Below, in pieces: positions 28,851 to 44,100 of a stretch of 64,000 nt of DNA. Each line of letters opens with the position of its first letter. The stretch's first letter is position 1. The notes beneath the pieces are model-generated. The model made no database searches and was not told where the DNA came from. It saw only the letters and a list, made by a program, of their open reading frames with translations. Position numbers and translations under genes: made by a program. The DNA comes from Auanema rhodensis (Eukaryota; Animalia; Nematoda), in NCBI GenBank assembly GCA_964057225.1, contig OZ059894.1:23312001-23376000 (forward strand), given 5' to 3'.

Positions 28851-31800
28851 TGTAACTCGCTTCACGTGAAAGATAAAGAGATGCGGTTTTCAAAATTAGA
28901 TTCCCCATGTTCATATTAGTCTAAAAACAAATTTTTATTGATATTGGTTGATGGTAACCATGTCTTTGAAACTTACGTGAACTTTAATTTATGCTAATTA
29001 AATGTACACGTGATGTGCACTTGGTATGTAACTCGCTTCACGTGGAAGATAAAGAGATGCGGTTTTCAAAATTAGATTCTTCATGTCCATATTAGTTTAA
29101 AAACAAATTTTTATTGATATTGGTGCATGGTAACCATGACTTTGAAATTTACGTGAACTTTAATTTATGCTAATTAAATGTACACGTGATGTGCACTTGG
29201 TATGTAACTCGCTTCACGTGAAAGATAAAGAGATGCGGTTTTCAAAATTAGATTCCCCATGTCCATATTAGTCTAAAAACAAATTTTTATTGATATTGGT
29301 GCATGGTAACCATGACTTTGAAATTTACGTGAACTTTAATTTATGCTAATTAAATGTACACGTGATGTGCACTTGGTATGTAACTCGCTTCACGTGAAAG
29401 ATAAAGAGATGCGGTTTTCAAAGTTAGATTTCCCATGTCCATATTAGTCTAAAAACAAATTTTTATTGATATTGGTTCATGGTAACCATGACTTTGAAAT
29501 TTACGTGAACTTTAATTTATGCTAATTAAATGTACACGTGATGTGCACTTGGTATGTAACTCGCTTCACGTGAAAGATAAAGAGATGCGGTTTTCAAAAT
29601 TAGATTCCTCATGTCCATATTAGTTTAAAAACAAATTTTTATTGATATTGGTTGATGGTAACCATGTCTTTGAAATTTACGTGAACTTTAATTTATGCTA
29701 ATTAAATGTACACGTGATGTGCACTTGGTATGTAACTCGCTTCACGTGAAAGATAAAGAGATGCGGTTTTCAAAATTAGATTCCTCATGTCCATATTAGT
29801 TTAAAAACAAATTTTTATTGATATTGGTTGATGGTAACCATGTCTTTGAAATTTACGTGAACTTTAATTTATGCTAATTAAATGTACACGTGATGTGCAC
29901 TTGGTATGTAACTCGCTTCACGTGAAAGATAAAGAGATGCGGTTTTCAAAATTAGATTCCCCATGTCCATATTAGTCTAAAAACAAATTTTTATTGATAT
30001 TGGTGCATGGTAACCATGACTTTGAAATTTACGTGAACTTTAATTTATGCTAATTAAATGTACACGTGATGTGCACTTGGTATGTAACTCGCTTCACGTG
30101 AGAGATAAAGAGATGCGGTTTTCAAAATTAGATTCCCCATGTCCATATTAGTCTAAAAACAAATTTTTATTGATATTGGTTCATGGTAACCATGTCTTTG
30201 AAATTTACGTGAACTTTAATTTATGCTAATTAAATGTACACGTGATGTGCACTTGGTATGTAACTCGCTTCACGTGAAAGATAAAGAGATGCGGTTTTCA
30301 AAGTTAGATTTCCCATGTCCATATTAGTCTAAAAACAAATTTTTATTGATATTGGTTCATGGTAACCATGACTTTGAAATTTACGTGAACTTTAATTTAT
30401 GCTAATTAAATGTACACGTGATGTGCACTTGGTATGTAACTCGCTTCACGTGAAAGATAAAGAGATGCGGTTTTCAAAATTAGATTCCTCATGTCCATAT
30501 TAGTTTAAAAACAAATTTTTATTGATATTGGTTGATGGTAACCATGTCTTTGAAATTTACGTGAACTTTAATTTATGCTAATTAAATGTACACGTGGTGT
30601 GCACTTGGTATGTAACTCGCTTCACGTGAAAGATAAAGAGATGCGGTTTTCAAAATTAGATTCCTCATGTCCATATTAGTTTAAAAACAAATTTTTATTG
30701 ATATTGGTTGATGGTAACCATGTCTTTGAAATTTACGTGAACTTTAATTTATGCTAATTAAATGTACACGTGATGTGCACTTGGTATGTAACTCGCTTCA
30801 CGTGAAAGATAAAGAGATGCGGTTTTCAAAATTAGATTCCCCATGTCCATATTAGTCTAAAAACAAATTTTTATTGATATTGGTGCATGGTAACCATGAC
30901 TTTGAAATTTACGTGAACTTTAATTTATGCTAATTAAATGTACACGTGATGTGCACTTGGTATGTAACTCGCTTCACTTGGAAGATAAAGAGATGCGGTT
31001 TTCAAAATTAGATTCTTCATGTCCATATTAGTTTAAAAACAAATTTTTATTGATATTGGTGCATGGTAACCATGACTTTGAAACTTACGTGAACTTTAAT
31101 TTATGCTAATTAAATGTACACGTGATGTGCCCTTGGTATGTAACTCGCTTCACGTGAAAGATAAAGAGATGCGGTTTTCAAAATTAGATTCCCCATGTCC
31201 ATATTAGTCTAAAAACAAATTTTTATTGATATTGGTGCATGGTAACCATGACTTTGAAATTTACGTGAACTTTAATTTATGCTAATTAAATGTACACGTG
31301 ATGTGCACTTGGTATGTAACTCGCTTCACGTGAAAGATAAAGAGATGCGGTTTTCAAAGTTAGATTTCCCATGTCCATATTAGTCTAAAAACAAATTTTT
31401 ATTGATATTGGTTCATGGTAACCATGACTTTGAAACTTACGTGAACTTTAATTTATGCTAATTAAATGTACACGTGATGTGCCCTTGGTATGTAACTCGC
31501 TTCACGTGAAAGATAAAGAGATGCGGTTTTCAAAATTAGATTCCCCATGTCCATATTAGTCTAAAAACAAATTTTTATTGATATTGGTTGATGGTAACCA
31601 TGTCTTTGAAACTTACGTGAACTTTAATTTATGCTAATTAAATGTACACGTGATGTGCACTTGGTATGTAACTCGCTTCACTTGGAAGATAAAGAGATGC
31701 GGTTTTCAAAATTAGATTCTTCATGTCCATATTAGTTTAAAAACAAATTTTTATTGATATTGGTGCATGGTAACCATGACTTTGAAATTTACGTGAACTT

Positions 31801-34409
31801 TAATTTATGCTAATTAAATGTACACGTGATGTGCACTTGGTATGTAACTCGCTTCACGTGAAAGATAAAGAGATGCGGTTTTCAAAATTAGATTCCCCAT
31901 GTCTATATTAGTCTAAAAACAAATTTTTATTGATATTGGTGCATGGTAACCATGACTTTGAAATTTACGTGAACTTTAATTTATGCTAATTAAATGTACA
32001 CGTGATGTGCACTTGGTATGTAACTCGCTTCACGTGAAAGATAAAGAGATGCGGTTTTCAAAGTTAGATTTCCCATGTCCATATTAGTCTAAAAACAAAT
32101 TTTTATTGATATTGGTTCATGGTAACCATGACTTTGAAATTTACGTGAACTTTAATTTATGCTAATTAAATGTACACGTGATGTGCACTTGGTATGTAAC
32201 TCGCTTCACGTGAAAGATAAAAAGATGCGGTTTTCAAAATTAGATTCCTCATGTCCATATTAGTTTAAAAACAAATTTTTATTGATATTGGTTGATGGTA
32301 ACCATGTCTTTGAAATTTACGTGAACTTTAATTTATGCTAATTAAATGTACACGTGATGTGCACTTGGTATGTAACTCGCTTCACGTGAAAGATAAAGAG
32401 ATGCGGTTTTCAAAATTAGATTCCCCATGTCCATATTAGTCTAAAAACAAATTTTTATTGATATTGGTGCATGGTAACCATGACTTTGAAATTTACGTGA
32501 ACTTTAATTTATGCTAATTAAATGTACACGTGATGTGCACTTGGTATGTAACTCGCTTCACGTGAAAGATAAAGAGATGCGGTTTTCAAAATTAGATTCC
32601 CCATGTCCATATTAGTCTAAAAACAAATTTTTATTGATATTGGTTCATGGTAACCATGTCTTTGAAATTTACGTGAACTTTAATTTATGCTAATTAAATG
32701 TACACGTGATGTGCACTTGGTATGTAACTCGCTTCACGTGAAAGATAAAGAGATGCGGTTTTCAAAATTAGATTCCCCATGTCCATATTGGTCTAAAAAC
32801 AAATTTTTATTGATATTGGTTCATGGTAACCATGACTTTGAAATTTAAGTGAACTTTAATTTATGCTATTTAAATGTACACGTGATGTGCACTTGGTATG
32901 TAACTCGCTTCACGTGAAAGATAAAGAGATGCGGTTTTCAAAATTAGATTCCCCATGTCCATATTAGTCTAAAAACAAATTTTTATTGATATTGGTTCAT
33001 GGTAACCATGACTTTGAAACTTACGTGAACTTTAATTTATGCTAATTAAATGTACACGTGATGTGCACTTGGTATGTAACTCGCTTCACGTGAAAGATAA
33101 AGAGATGCGGTTTTCAAAATTAGATTCCCCATGTCCATATTAGTCTAAAAACAAATTTTTATTGATATTGGTGCATGGTAACCATGACTTTGAAATTTAC
33201 GTGAACTTTAATTTATGCTAATTAAATGTACACGTGATGTGCACTTGGTATGTAACTCGCTTCACGTGAAAGATAAAGAGATGCGGTTTTCAAAATTAGA
33301 TTCCCCATGTCCATATTAGTCTAAAAACAAATTTTTATTGATATTGGTTCATGGTAACCATGACTTTGAAATTTACGTGAACTTTAATTTATGCTAATTA
33401 AATGTACACGTGATGTGCACTTGGTATGTAACTCGCTTCACGTGAAAGATAAAGAGATGCGGTTTTCAAAATTAGATTCCCCATGTCCATATTAGTCTAA
33501 AAACAAATTTTTATTGATATTGGTTCATGGTAACCATGACTTTGAAATTTACGTGAACTTTAATTTATGCTAATTAAATGTACACGTGATGTGCACTTGG
33601 TATGTAACTCGCTTCACTTGAAAGATAAAGAGATGCGGTTTTCAAAATTAGATTCCCCATGTCCATATTAGTTTAAAAACAAATTTTTATTGATATTGGT
33701 GCATGGTAACCATGACTTTGAAATTTACGTGAACTTTAATTTATGCTAATTAAATGTACACGTGATGTGCACTTGGTATGTAACTCGCTTCACGTGAAAG
33801 ATAAAGAGATGCGGTTTTCAAAATTAGATTCCCCATGTTCATATTAGTCTAAAAACAAATTTTTATTGATATTGGTTCATGGTAACCATGACTTTGAAAT
33901 TTACGTGAACTTTAATTTATGCTAATTAAATGTACACGTGATGTGCACTTGGTATGTAACTCGCTTCACGTGAAAGATAAAGAGATGCGGTTTTCAAAAT
34001 TAGATTCCCCATGTCCATATTAGTCTAAAAACAAATTTTTATTGATATTGGTGCATGGTAACCATGACTTTGAAATTTACGTGAACTTTAATTTATGCTA
34101 ATTAAATGTACACGTGATGTGCACTTGGTATGTAACTCGCTTCACGTGAAAGATAAAGAGATGCGGTTTTCAAAATTAGATTTCCCATGTCCATATTAGT
34201 CTAAAAACAAATTTTTATTGATATTGGTTCATGGTAACCATGACTTTGAAATTTACGTGAACTTTAATTTATGCTAATTAAATGTACACGTGATGTGCAC
34301 TTGGTATGTAACTCGCTTCACGTGAAAGATAAAGAGATGCGGTTCTCAAAATTAGATTCCCCATGTCCATATTAGTTTAAAAACAAATTTTTATTGATAT
34401 TGGTTGATG

Positions 34410-36170
34410 GTAACCATGTCTTTGAAATTTACGTGAACTTTAATTTATGCTAATTAAATGTACACGTGATGTGCACTTGGTATGTAACTCGCTTCACGTG
34501 AAAGATAAAGAGATGCGATTTTCAAAATTAGATTCCCCATGTCGATATTAGTCTAAAAACAAATTTTTATTGATATTGGTGCATGGTAACCATGACTTTG
34601 AAATTTACGTGAACTTTAATTTATGCTAATTAAATGTACACGTGATGTGCACTTGGTATGTAACTCGCTTCACGTGAAAGATAAAGAGATGCGGTTTTCA
34701 AAATTAGATTCCCCATGTCCATATTAGTCTAAAAACAAATTTTTATTGATATTGGTTCATGGTAACCATGACTTTGAAATTTACGTGAACTTTAATTTAT
34801 GCTAATTAAATGTACACGTGATGTGCACTTGGTATGTAACTCGCTTCACGTGAAAGATAAAGAGATGCGGTTTTCAAAATTGGATTCCCCATGTCCATAT
34901 TAGTTTAAAAACAAATTTTTATTGATATTGGTTGATGGTAACCATGTCTTTGAAATTTACGTGAACTTTAATTTATGCTAATTAAATGTACACGTGATGT
35001 GCACTTGGTATGTAACTCGCTTCACGTGAAAGATAAAGAGATGCGATTTTCAAAATTAGATTCCCCATGTCCATATTAGTCTAAAAACAAATTTTTATTG
35101 ATATTGGTGCATGGTAACCATGACTTTGAAATTTACGTGAACTTTAATTTATGCTAATTAAATGTACACGTGATGTGCACTTGGTATGTAACTCGCTTCA
35201 CGTGAAAGATAAAGAGATGCGGTTTTCAAAATTAGATTCCCCATGTCCATATTAGTCTAAAAACAAATTTTTATTGATATTGGTGCATGGTAACCATGTC
35301 TTTGAAATTTACGTGAACTTTAATTTATGCTAATTAAATGTACACGTGATGTGCACTTGGTATGTAACTCGCTTCACGTGAAAGATAAAGAGATGCGATT
35401 TTCAAAATTAGATTCCCCATGTCGATATTAGTCTAAAAACAAATTTTTATTGATATTGGTGCATGGTAACCATGACTTTGAAATTTACGTGAACTTTAAT
35501 TTATGCTAATTAAATGTACACGTGATGTGCACTTGGTATGTAACTCGCTTCACGTGAAAGATAAAGAGATGCGGTTTTCAAAATTAGATTCCCCATGTCC
35601 ATATTAGTCTAAAAACAAATTTTTATTGATATTGGTTCATGGTAACCATGACTTTGAAATTTACGTGAACTTTAATTTATGCTAATTAAATGTACACGTG
35701 ATGTGCACTTGGTATGTAACTCGCTTCACGTGAAAGATAAAGAGATGCGGTTTTCAAAATTGGATTCCCCATGTCCATATTAGTTTAAAAACAAATTTTT
35801 ATTGATATTGGTTGATGGTAACCATGTCTTTGAAATTTACGTGAACTTTAATTTATGCTAATTAAATGTACACGTGATGTGCACTTGGTATGTAACTCGC
35901 TTCACGTGAAAGATAAAGAGATGCGATTTTCAAAATTAGATTCCCCATGTCCATATTAGTCTAAAAACAAATTTTTATTGATATTGGTGCATGGTAACCA
36001 TGACTTTGAAATTTACGTGAACTTTAATTTATGCTAATTAAATGTACACGTGATGTGCACTTGGTATGTAACTCGCTTCACGTGAAAGATAAAGAGATGC
36101 GGTTTTCAAAATTAGATTCCCCATGTCCATATTAGTCTAAAAACAAATTTTTATTGATATTGGTGCATGG
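34410..36170 (+). repeat. Tandem 5-monomer (880 bp) duplication
   Basis: GCGATT+GTCGAT monomer at 34518 and 35398; ATTGGATT monomer at 34862 and 35762 lines, same 880-bp offset. Confidence 0.85.
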
Positions 36171-38199
36171 TAACCATGACTTTGAAATTTACGTGAACTT
36201 TAATTTATGCTAATTAAATGTACACGTGATGTGCACTTGGTATGTAACTCGCTTCACGTGAAAGATAAAGAGATGCGGTTTTCAAAATTAGATTCCTCAT
36301 GTCCATATTAGTTTAAAAACAAATTTTTATTGATATTGGTTGATGGTAACCATGTCTTTGAAATTTACGTGAACTTTAATTTATGCTAATTAAATGTACA
36401 CGTGATGTGCACTTGGTATGTAACTCGCTTCACGTGAAAGATAAAGAGATGCGGTTTTCAAAATTAGATTCCCCATGTCCATATTAGTCTAAAAACAAAT
36501 TTTTATTGATATTGGTGCATGGTAACCATGACTTTGAAATTTACGTGAACTTTAATTTATGCTAATTAAATGTACACGTGATGTGCACTTGGTATGTAAC
36601 TCGCTTCACGTGAAAGATAAAGAGATGCGGTTTTCAAAATTAGATTCCCCATGTCCATATTAGTCTAAAAACAAATTTTTATTGATATTGGTTCATGGTA
36701 ACCATGTCTTTGAAATTTACGTGAACTTTAATTTATGCTAATTAAATGTACACGTGATGTGCACTTGGTATGTAACTCGCTTCACGTGAAAGATAAAGAG
36801 ATGCGGTTTTCAAAATTAGATTCCCCATGTCCATATTGGTCTAAAAACAAATTTTTATTGATATTGGTTCATGGTAACCATGACTTTGAAATTTAAGTGA
36901 ACTTTAATTTATGCTAATTAAATGTACACGTGATGTGCACTTGGTATGTAACTCGCTTCACGTGAAAGATAAAGAGATGCGGTTTTCAAAATTAGATTCC
37001 CCATGTCCATATTAGTCTAAAAACAAATTTTTATTGATATTGGTTCATGGTAACCATGACTTTGAAATTTACGTGAACTTTAATTTATGCTAATTAAATG
37101 TACACGTGATGTGCACTTGGTATGTAACTCGCTTCACGTGAAAGATAAAGAGATGCGGTTTTCAAAATTAGATTCCCCATGTCCATATTAGTCTAAAAAC
37201 AAATTTTTATTGATATTGGTTCATGGTAACCATGACTTTGAAATTTACGTGAACTTTAATTTATGCTAATTAAATGTACACGTGATGTGCACTTGGTATG
37301 TAACTCGCTTCACGTGAAAGATAAAGAGATGCGGTTTTCAAAATTAGATTCCCCATGTCCATATTAGTTTAAAAACAAATTTTTATTGATATTGGTGCAT
37401 GGTAACCATGACTTTGAATTTTACGTGAACTTTAATTTATGCTAATTAAATGTACACATGATGTGCACTTGGTATGTAACTCGCTTCACGTGAAAGATAA
37501 AGAGATGCGGTTTTCAAAATTAGATTCCCCATGTCCATATTGGTCTAAAAACAAATTTTTATTGATATTGGTTCATGGTAACCATGACTTTGAAATTTAA
37601 GTGAACTTTAATTTATGCTATTTAAATGTACACGTGATGTGCACTTGGTATGTAACTCGCTTCACGTGAAAGATAAAGAGATGCGGTTTTCAAAATTAGA
37701 TTCCCCATGTCCATATTAGTCTAAAAACAAATTTTTATTGATATTGGTTCATGGTAACCATGACTTTGAAACTTACGTGAACTTTAATTTATGCTAATTA
37801 AATGTACACGTGATGTGCACTTGGTATGTAACTCGCTTCACGTGAAAGATAAAGAGATGCGGTTTTCAAAATTAGATTCCCCATGTCCATATTAGTCTAA
37901 AAACAAATTTTTATTGATATTGGTGCATGGTAACCATGACTTTGAAATTTACGTGAACTTTAATTTATGCTAATTAAATGTACACGTGATGTGCACTTGG
38001 TATGTAACTCGCTTCACGTGAAAGATAAAGAGATGCGGTTTTCAAAATTAGATTCCCCATGTCCATATTAGTCTAAAAACAAATTTTTATTGATATTGGT
38101 TCATGGTAACCATGACTTTGAAATTTACGTGAACTTTAATTTATGCTAATTAAATGTACACGTGATGTGCACTTGGTATGTAACTCGCTTCACGTGAAA

Positions 38200-41100
38200 G
38201 ATAAAGAGATGCGGTTTTCAAAATTAGATTCCCCATGTCCATATTAGTCTAAAAACAAATTTTTATTGATATTGGTTCATGGTAACCATGACTTTGAAAT
38301 TTACGTGAACTTTAATTTATGCTAATTAAATGTACACGTGATGTGCACTTGGTATGTAACTCGCTTCACGTGAAAGATAAAGAGATGCGGTTTTCAAAAT
38401 TAGATTCCCCATGTCCATATTAGTTTAAAAACAAATTTTTATTGATATTGGTGCATGGTAACCATGACTTTGAAATTTACGTGAACTTTAATTTATGCTA
38501 ATTAAATGTACACGTGATGTGCACTTGGTATGTAACTCGCTTCACGTGAAAGATAAAGAGATGCGGTTTTCAAAATTAGATTCCCCATGTTCATATTAGT
38601 CTAAAAACAAATTTTTATTGATATTGGTTCATGGTAACCATGACTTTGAAATTTACGTGAACTTTAATTTATGCTAATTAAATGTACACGTGATGTGCAC
38701 TTGGTATGTAACTCGCTTCACGTGAAAGATAAAGAGATGCGGTTTTCAAAATTAGATTCCCCATGTCCATATTAGTCTAAAAACAAATTTTTATTGATAT
38801 TGGTGCATGGTAACCATGACTTTGAAATTTACGTGAACTTTAATTTATGCTAATTAAATGTACACGTGATGTGCACTTGGTATGTAACTCGCTTCACGTG
38901 AAAGATAAAGAGATGCGGTTTTCAAAATTAGATTTCCCATGTCCATATTAGTCTAAAAACAAATTTTTATTGATATTGGTTCATGGTAACCATGACTTTG
39001 AAATTTACGTGAACTTTAATTTATGCTAATTAAATGTACACGTGATGTGCACTTGGTATGTAACTCGCTTCACGTGAAAGATAAAGAGATGCGGTTCTCA
39101 AAATTAGATTCCCCATGTCCATATTAGTTTAAAAACAAATTTTTATTGATATTGGTTGATGGTAACCATGTCTTTGAAATTTACGTGAACTTTAATTTAT
39201 GCTAATTAAATGTACACGTGATGTGCACTTGGTATGTAACTCGCTTCACGTGAAAGATAAAGAGATGCGATTTTCAAAATTAGATTCCCCATGTCGATAT
39301 TAGTCTAAAAACAAATTTTTATTGATATTGGTGCATGGTAACCATGACTTTGAAATTTACGTGAACTTTAATTTATGCTAATTAAATGTACACGTGATGT
39401 GCACTTGGTATGTAACTCGCTTCACGTGAAAGATAAAGAGATGCGGTTTTCAAAATTAGATTTCCCATGTCCATATTAGTCTAAAAACAAATTTTTATTG
39501 ATATTGGTTCATGGTAACCATGACTTTGAAATTTACGTGAACTTTAATTTATGCTAATTAAATGTACACGTGATGTGCACTTGGTATGTAACTCGCTTCA
39601 CGTGAAAGATAAAGAGATGCGGTTTTCAAAATTGGATTCCCCATGTCCATATTAGTTTAAAAACAAATTTTTATTGATATTGGTTGATGGTAACCATGTC
39701 TTTGAAATTTACGTGAACTTTAATTTATGCTAATTAAATGTACACGTGATGTGCACTTGGTATGTAACTCGCTTCACGTGAAAGATAAAGAGATGCGATT
39801 TTCAAAATTAGATTCCCCATGTCCATATTAGTCTAAAAACAAATTTTTATTGATATTGGTGCATGGTAACCATGACTTTGAAATTTACGTGAACTTTAAT
39901 TTATGCTAATTAAATGTACACGTGATGTGCACTTGGTATGTAACTCGCTTCACGTGAAAGATAAAGAGATGCGGTTTTCAAAATTAGATTCCCCATGTCC
40001 ATATTAGTCTAAAAACAAATTTTTATTGATATTGGTTCATGGTAACCATGACTTTGAAATTTACGTGAACTTTAATTTATGCTAATTAAATGTACACGTG
40101 ATGTGCACTTGGTATGTAACTCGCTTCACGTGAAAGATAAAGAGATGCGGTTTTCAAAATTAGATTCCCCATGTCCATATTAGTTCAAAAACAAATTTTT
40201 ATTGATATTGGTGCATGGTAACCATGACTTTGAAATTTACGTGAACTTTAATTTATGCTAATTAAATGTACACGTGATGTGCACTTGGTATGTAACTCGC
40301 TTCACGTGAAAGATAAAGAGATGCGGTTTTCGAAGTTAGATTCCCCATGTCCATATTAGTCTAAAAACAAATTTTTATTGATATTGGTGCATGGTAACCA
40401 TGACTTTGAAATTTACGTGAACTTTAATTTATGCTAATTAAATGTACACGTGATGTGCACTTGGTATGTAACTCGCTTCACGTGAAAGATAAAGAGATGC
40501 GGTTTTCAAAATTAGATTCCTCATGTCCATATTAGTTTAAAAACAAATTTTTATTGATATTGGTTGATGGTAACCATGTCTTTGAAATTTACGTGAACTT
40601 TAATTTATGCTAATTAAATGTACACGTGATGTGCACTTGGTATGTAACTCGCTTCACGTGAAAGATAAAGAGATGCGGTTTTCAAAATTAGATTCCCCAT
40701 GTCCATATTAGTCTAAAAACAAATTTTTATTGATATTGGTGCATGGTAACCATGACTTTGAAATTTACGTGAACTTTAATTTATGCTAATTAAATGTACA
40801 CGTGATGTGCACTTGGTATGTAACTCGCTTCACGTGAAAGATAAAGAGATGCGGTTTTCAAAATTAGATTCCCCATGTCCATATTAGTCTAAAAACAAAT
40901 TTTTATTGATATTGGTTCATGGTAACCATGTCTTTGAAATTTACGTGAACTTTAATTTATGCTAATTAAATGTACACGTGATGTGCACTTGGTATGTAAC
41001 TCGCTTCACGTGAAAGATAAAGAGATGCGGTTTTCAAAATTAGATTCCCCATGTCCATATTGGTCTAAAAACAAATTTTTATTGATATTGGTTCATGGTA

Positions 41101-44100
41101 ACCATGACTTTGAAATTTAAGTGAACTTTAATTTATGCTAATTAAATGTACACGTGATGTGCACTTGGTATGTAACTCGCTTCACGTGAAAGATAAAGAG
41201 ATGCGGTTTTCAAAATTAGATTCCCCATGTCCATATTAGTCTAAAAACAAATTTTTATTGATATTGGTTCATGGTAACCATGACTTTGAAATTTACGTGA
41301 ACTTTAATTTATGCTAATTAAATGTACACGTGATGTGCACTTGGTATGTAACTCGCTTCACGTGAAAGATAAAGAGATGCGGTTTTCAAAATTAGATTCC
41401 CCATGTCCATATTAGTCTAAAAACAAATTTTTATTGATATTGGTTCATGGTAACCATGACTTTGAAATTTACGTGAACTTTAATTTATGCTAATTAAATG
41501 TACACGTGATGTGCACTTGGTATGTAACTCGCTTCACGTGAAAGATAAAGAGATGCGGTTTTCAAAATTAGATTCCCCATGTCCATATTAGTTTAAAAAC
41601 AAATTTTTATTGATATTGGTGCATGGTAACCATGACTTTGAAATTTACGTGAACTTTAATTTATGCTAATTAAATGTACACGTGATGTGCACTTGGTATG
41701 TAACTCGCTTCACGTGAAAGATAAAGAGATGCGGTTTTCAAAATTAGATTCCCCATGTCCATATTGGTCTAAAAACAAAATTTTATTGATATTGGTTCAT
41801 GGTAACCATGACTTTGAAATTTAAGTGAACTTTAATTTATGCTGTTTAAATGTACACGTGATGTGCACTTGGTATGTAACTCGCTTCACGTGAAAGATAA
41901 AGAGATGCGGTTTTCAAAATTAGATTCCCCATGTCCATATTAGTCTAAAAACAAATTTTTATTGATATTGGTTCATGGTAACCATGACTTTGAAACTTAC
42001 GTGAACTTTAATTTATGCTAATTAAATGTACACGTGATGTGCACTTGGTATGTAACTCGCTTCACGTGAAAGATAAAGAGATGCGGTTTTCAAAATTAGA
42101 TTCCCCATGTCCATATTAGTCTAAAAACAAATTTTTATTGATATTGGTGCATGGTAACCATGACTTTGAAATTTACGTGAACTTTAATTTATGCTAATTA
42201 AATGTACACGTGATGTGCACTTGGTATGTAACTCGCTTCACGTGAAAGATAAAGAGATGCGGTTTTCAAAATTAGATTCCCCATGTCCATATTAAACTAA
42301 AAACAAATTTTTATTGATATTGGTTCATGGTAACCATGACTTTGAAATTTACGTGAACTTTAATTTATGCTAATTAAATGTACACGTGATGTGCACTTGG
42401 TATGTAACTCGCTTCACGTGAAAGATAAAGAGATGCGGTTTTCAAAATTAGATTCCCCATGTCCATATTAGTCTAAAAACAAATTTTTATTGATATTGGT
42501 TCATGGTAACCATGACTTTGAAATTTACGTGAACTTTAATTTATGCTAATTAAATGTACACGTGATGTGCACTTGGTATGTAACTCGCTTCACGTGAAAG
42601 ATAAAGAGATGCGGTTTTCAAAATTAGATTCCCCATGTCCATATTAGTTTAAAAACAAATTTTTATTGATATTGGTGCATGGTAACCATGACTTTGAAAT
42701 TTACGTGAACTTTAATTTATGCTAATTAAATGTACACGTGATGTGCACTTGGTATGTAACTCGCTTCACGTGAAAGATAAAGAGATGCGGTTTTCAAAAT
42801 TAGATTCCCCATGTTCATATTAGTCTAAAAACAAATTTTTATTGATATTGGTTCATGGTAACCATGACTTTGAAATTTACGTGAACTTTAATTTATGCTA
42901 ATTAAATGTACACGTGATGTGCACTTGGTATGTAACTCGCTTCACGTGAAAGATAAAGAGATGCGGTTTTCAAAATTAGATTCCCCATGTCCATATTAGT
43001 CTAAAAACAAATTTTTATTGATATTGGTGCATGGTAACCATGACTTTGAAATTTACGTGAACTTTAATTTATGCTAATTAAATGTACACGTGATGTGCAC
43101 TTGGTATGTAACTCGCTTCACGTGAAAGATAAAGAGATGCGGTTTTCAAAATTAGATTTCCCATGTCCATATTAGTCTAAAAACAAATTTTTATTGATAT
43201 TGGTTCATGGTAACCATGACTTTGAAATTTACGTGAACTTTAATTTATGCTAATTAAATGTACACGTGATGTGCACTTGGTATGTAACTCGCTTCACGTG
43301 AAAGATAAAGAGATGCGGTTCTCAAAATTAGATTCCCCATGTCCATATTAGTTTAAAAACAAATTTTTATTGATATTGGTTGATGGTAACCATGACTTTG
43401 AAATTTACGTGAACTTTAATTTATGCTAATTAAATGTACACGTGATGTGCACTTGGTATGTAACTCGCTTCACGTGAAAGATAAAGAGATGCGGTTTTCA
43501 AAATTAGATTCCTCATGTCCATATTAGTTTAAAAACAAATTTTTATTGATATTGGTTGATGGTAACCATGTCTTTGAAATTTACGTGAACTTTAATTTAT
43601 GCTAATTAAATGTACACGTGATGTGCACTTGGTATGTAACTCGCTTCACGTGAAAGATAAAGAGATGCGGTTTTCAAAATTAGATTCCCCATGTCCATAT
43701 TAGTCTAAAAACAAATTTTTATTGATATTGGTGCATGGTAACCATGACTTTGAAATTTACGTGAACTTTAATTTATGCTAATTAAATGTACACGTGATGT
43801 GCACTTGGTATGTAACTCGCTTCACGTGAAAGATAAAGAGATGCGGTTTTCAAAATTAGATTCCCCATGTCCATATTAGTCTAAAAACAAATTTTTATTG
43901 ATATTGGTTCATGGTAACCATGTCTTTGAAATTTACGTGAACTTTAATTTATGCTAATTAAATGTACACGTGATGTGCACTTGGTATGTAACTCGCTTCA
44001 CGTGAAAGATAAAGAGATGCGGTTTTCAAAATTAGATTCCCCATGTCCATATTGGTCTAAAAACAAATTTTTATTGATATTGGTTCATGGTAACCATGAC

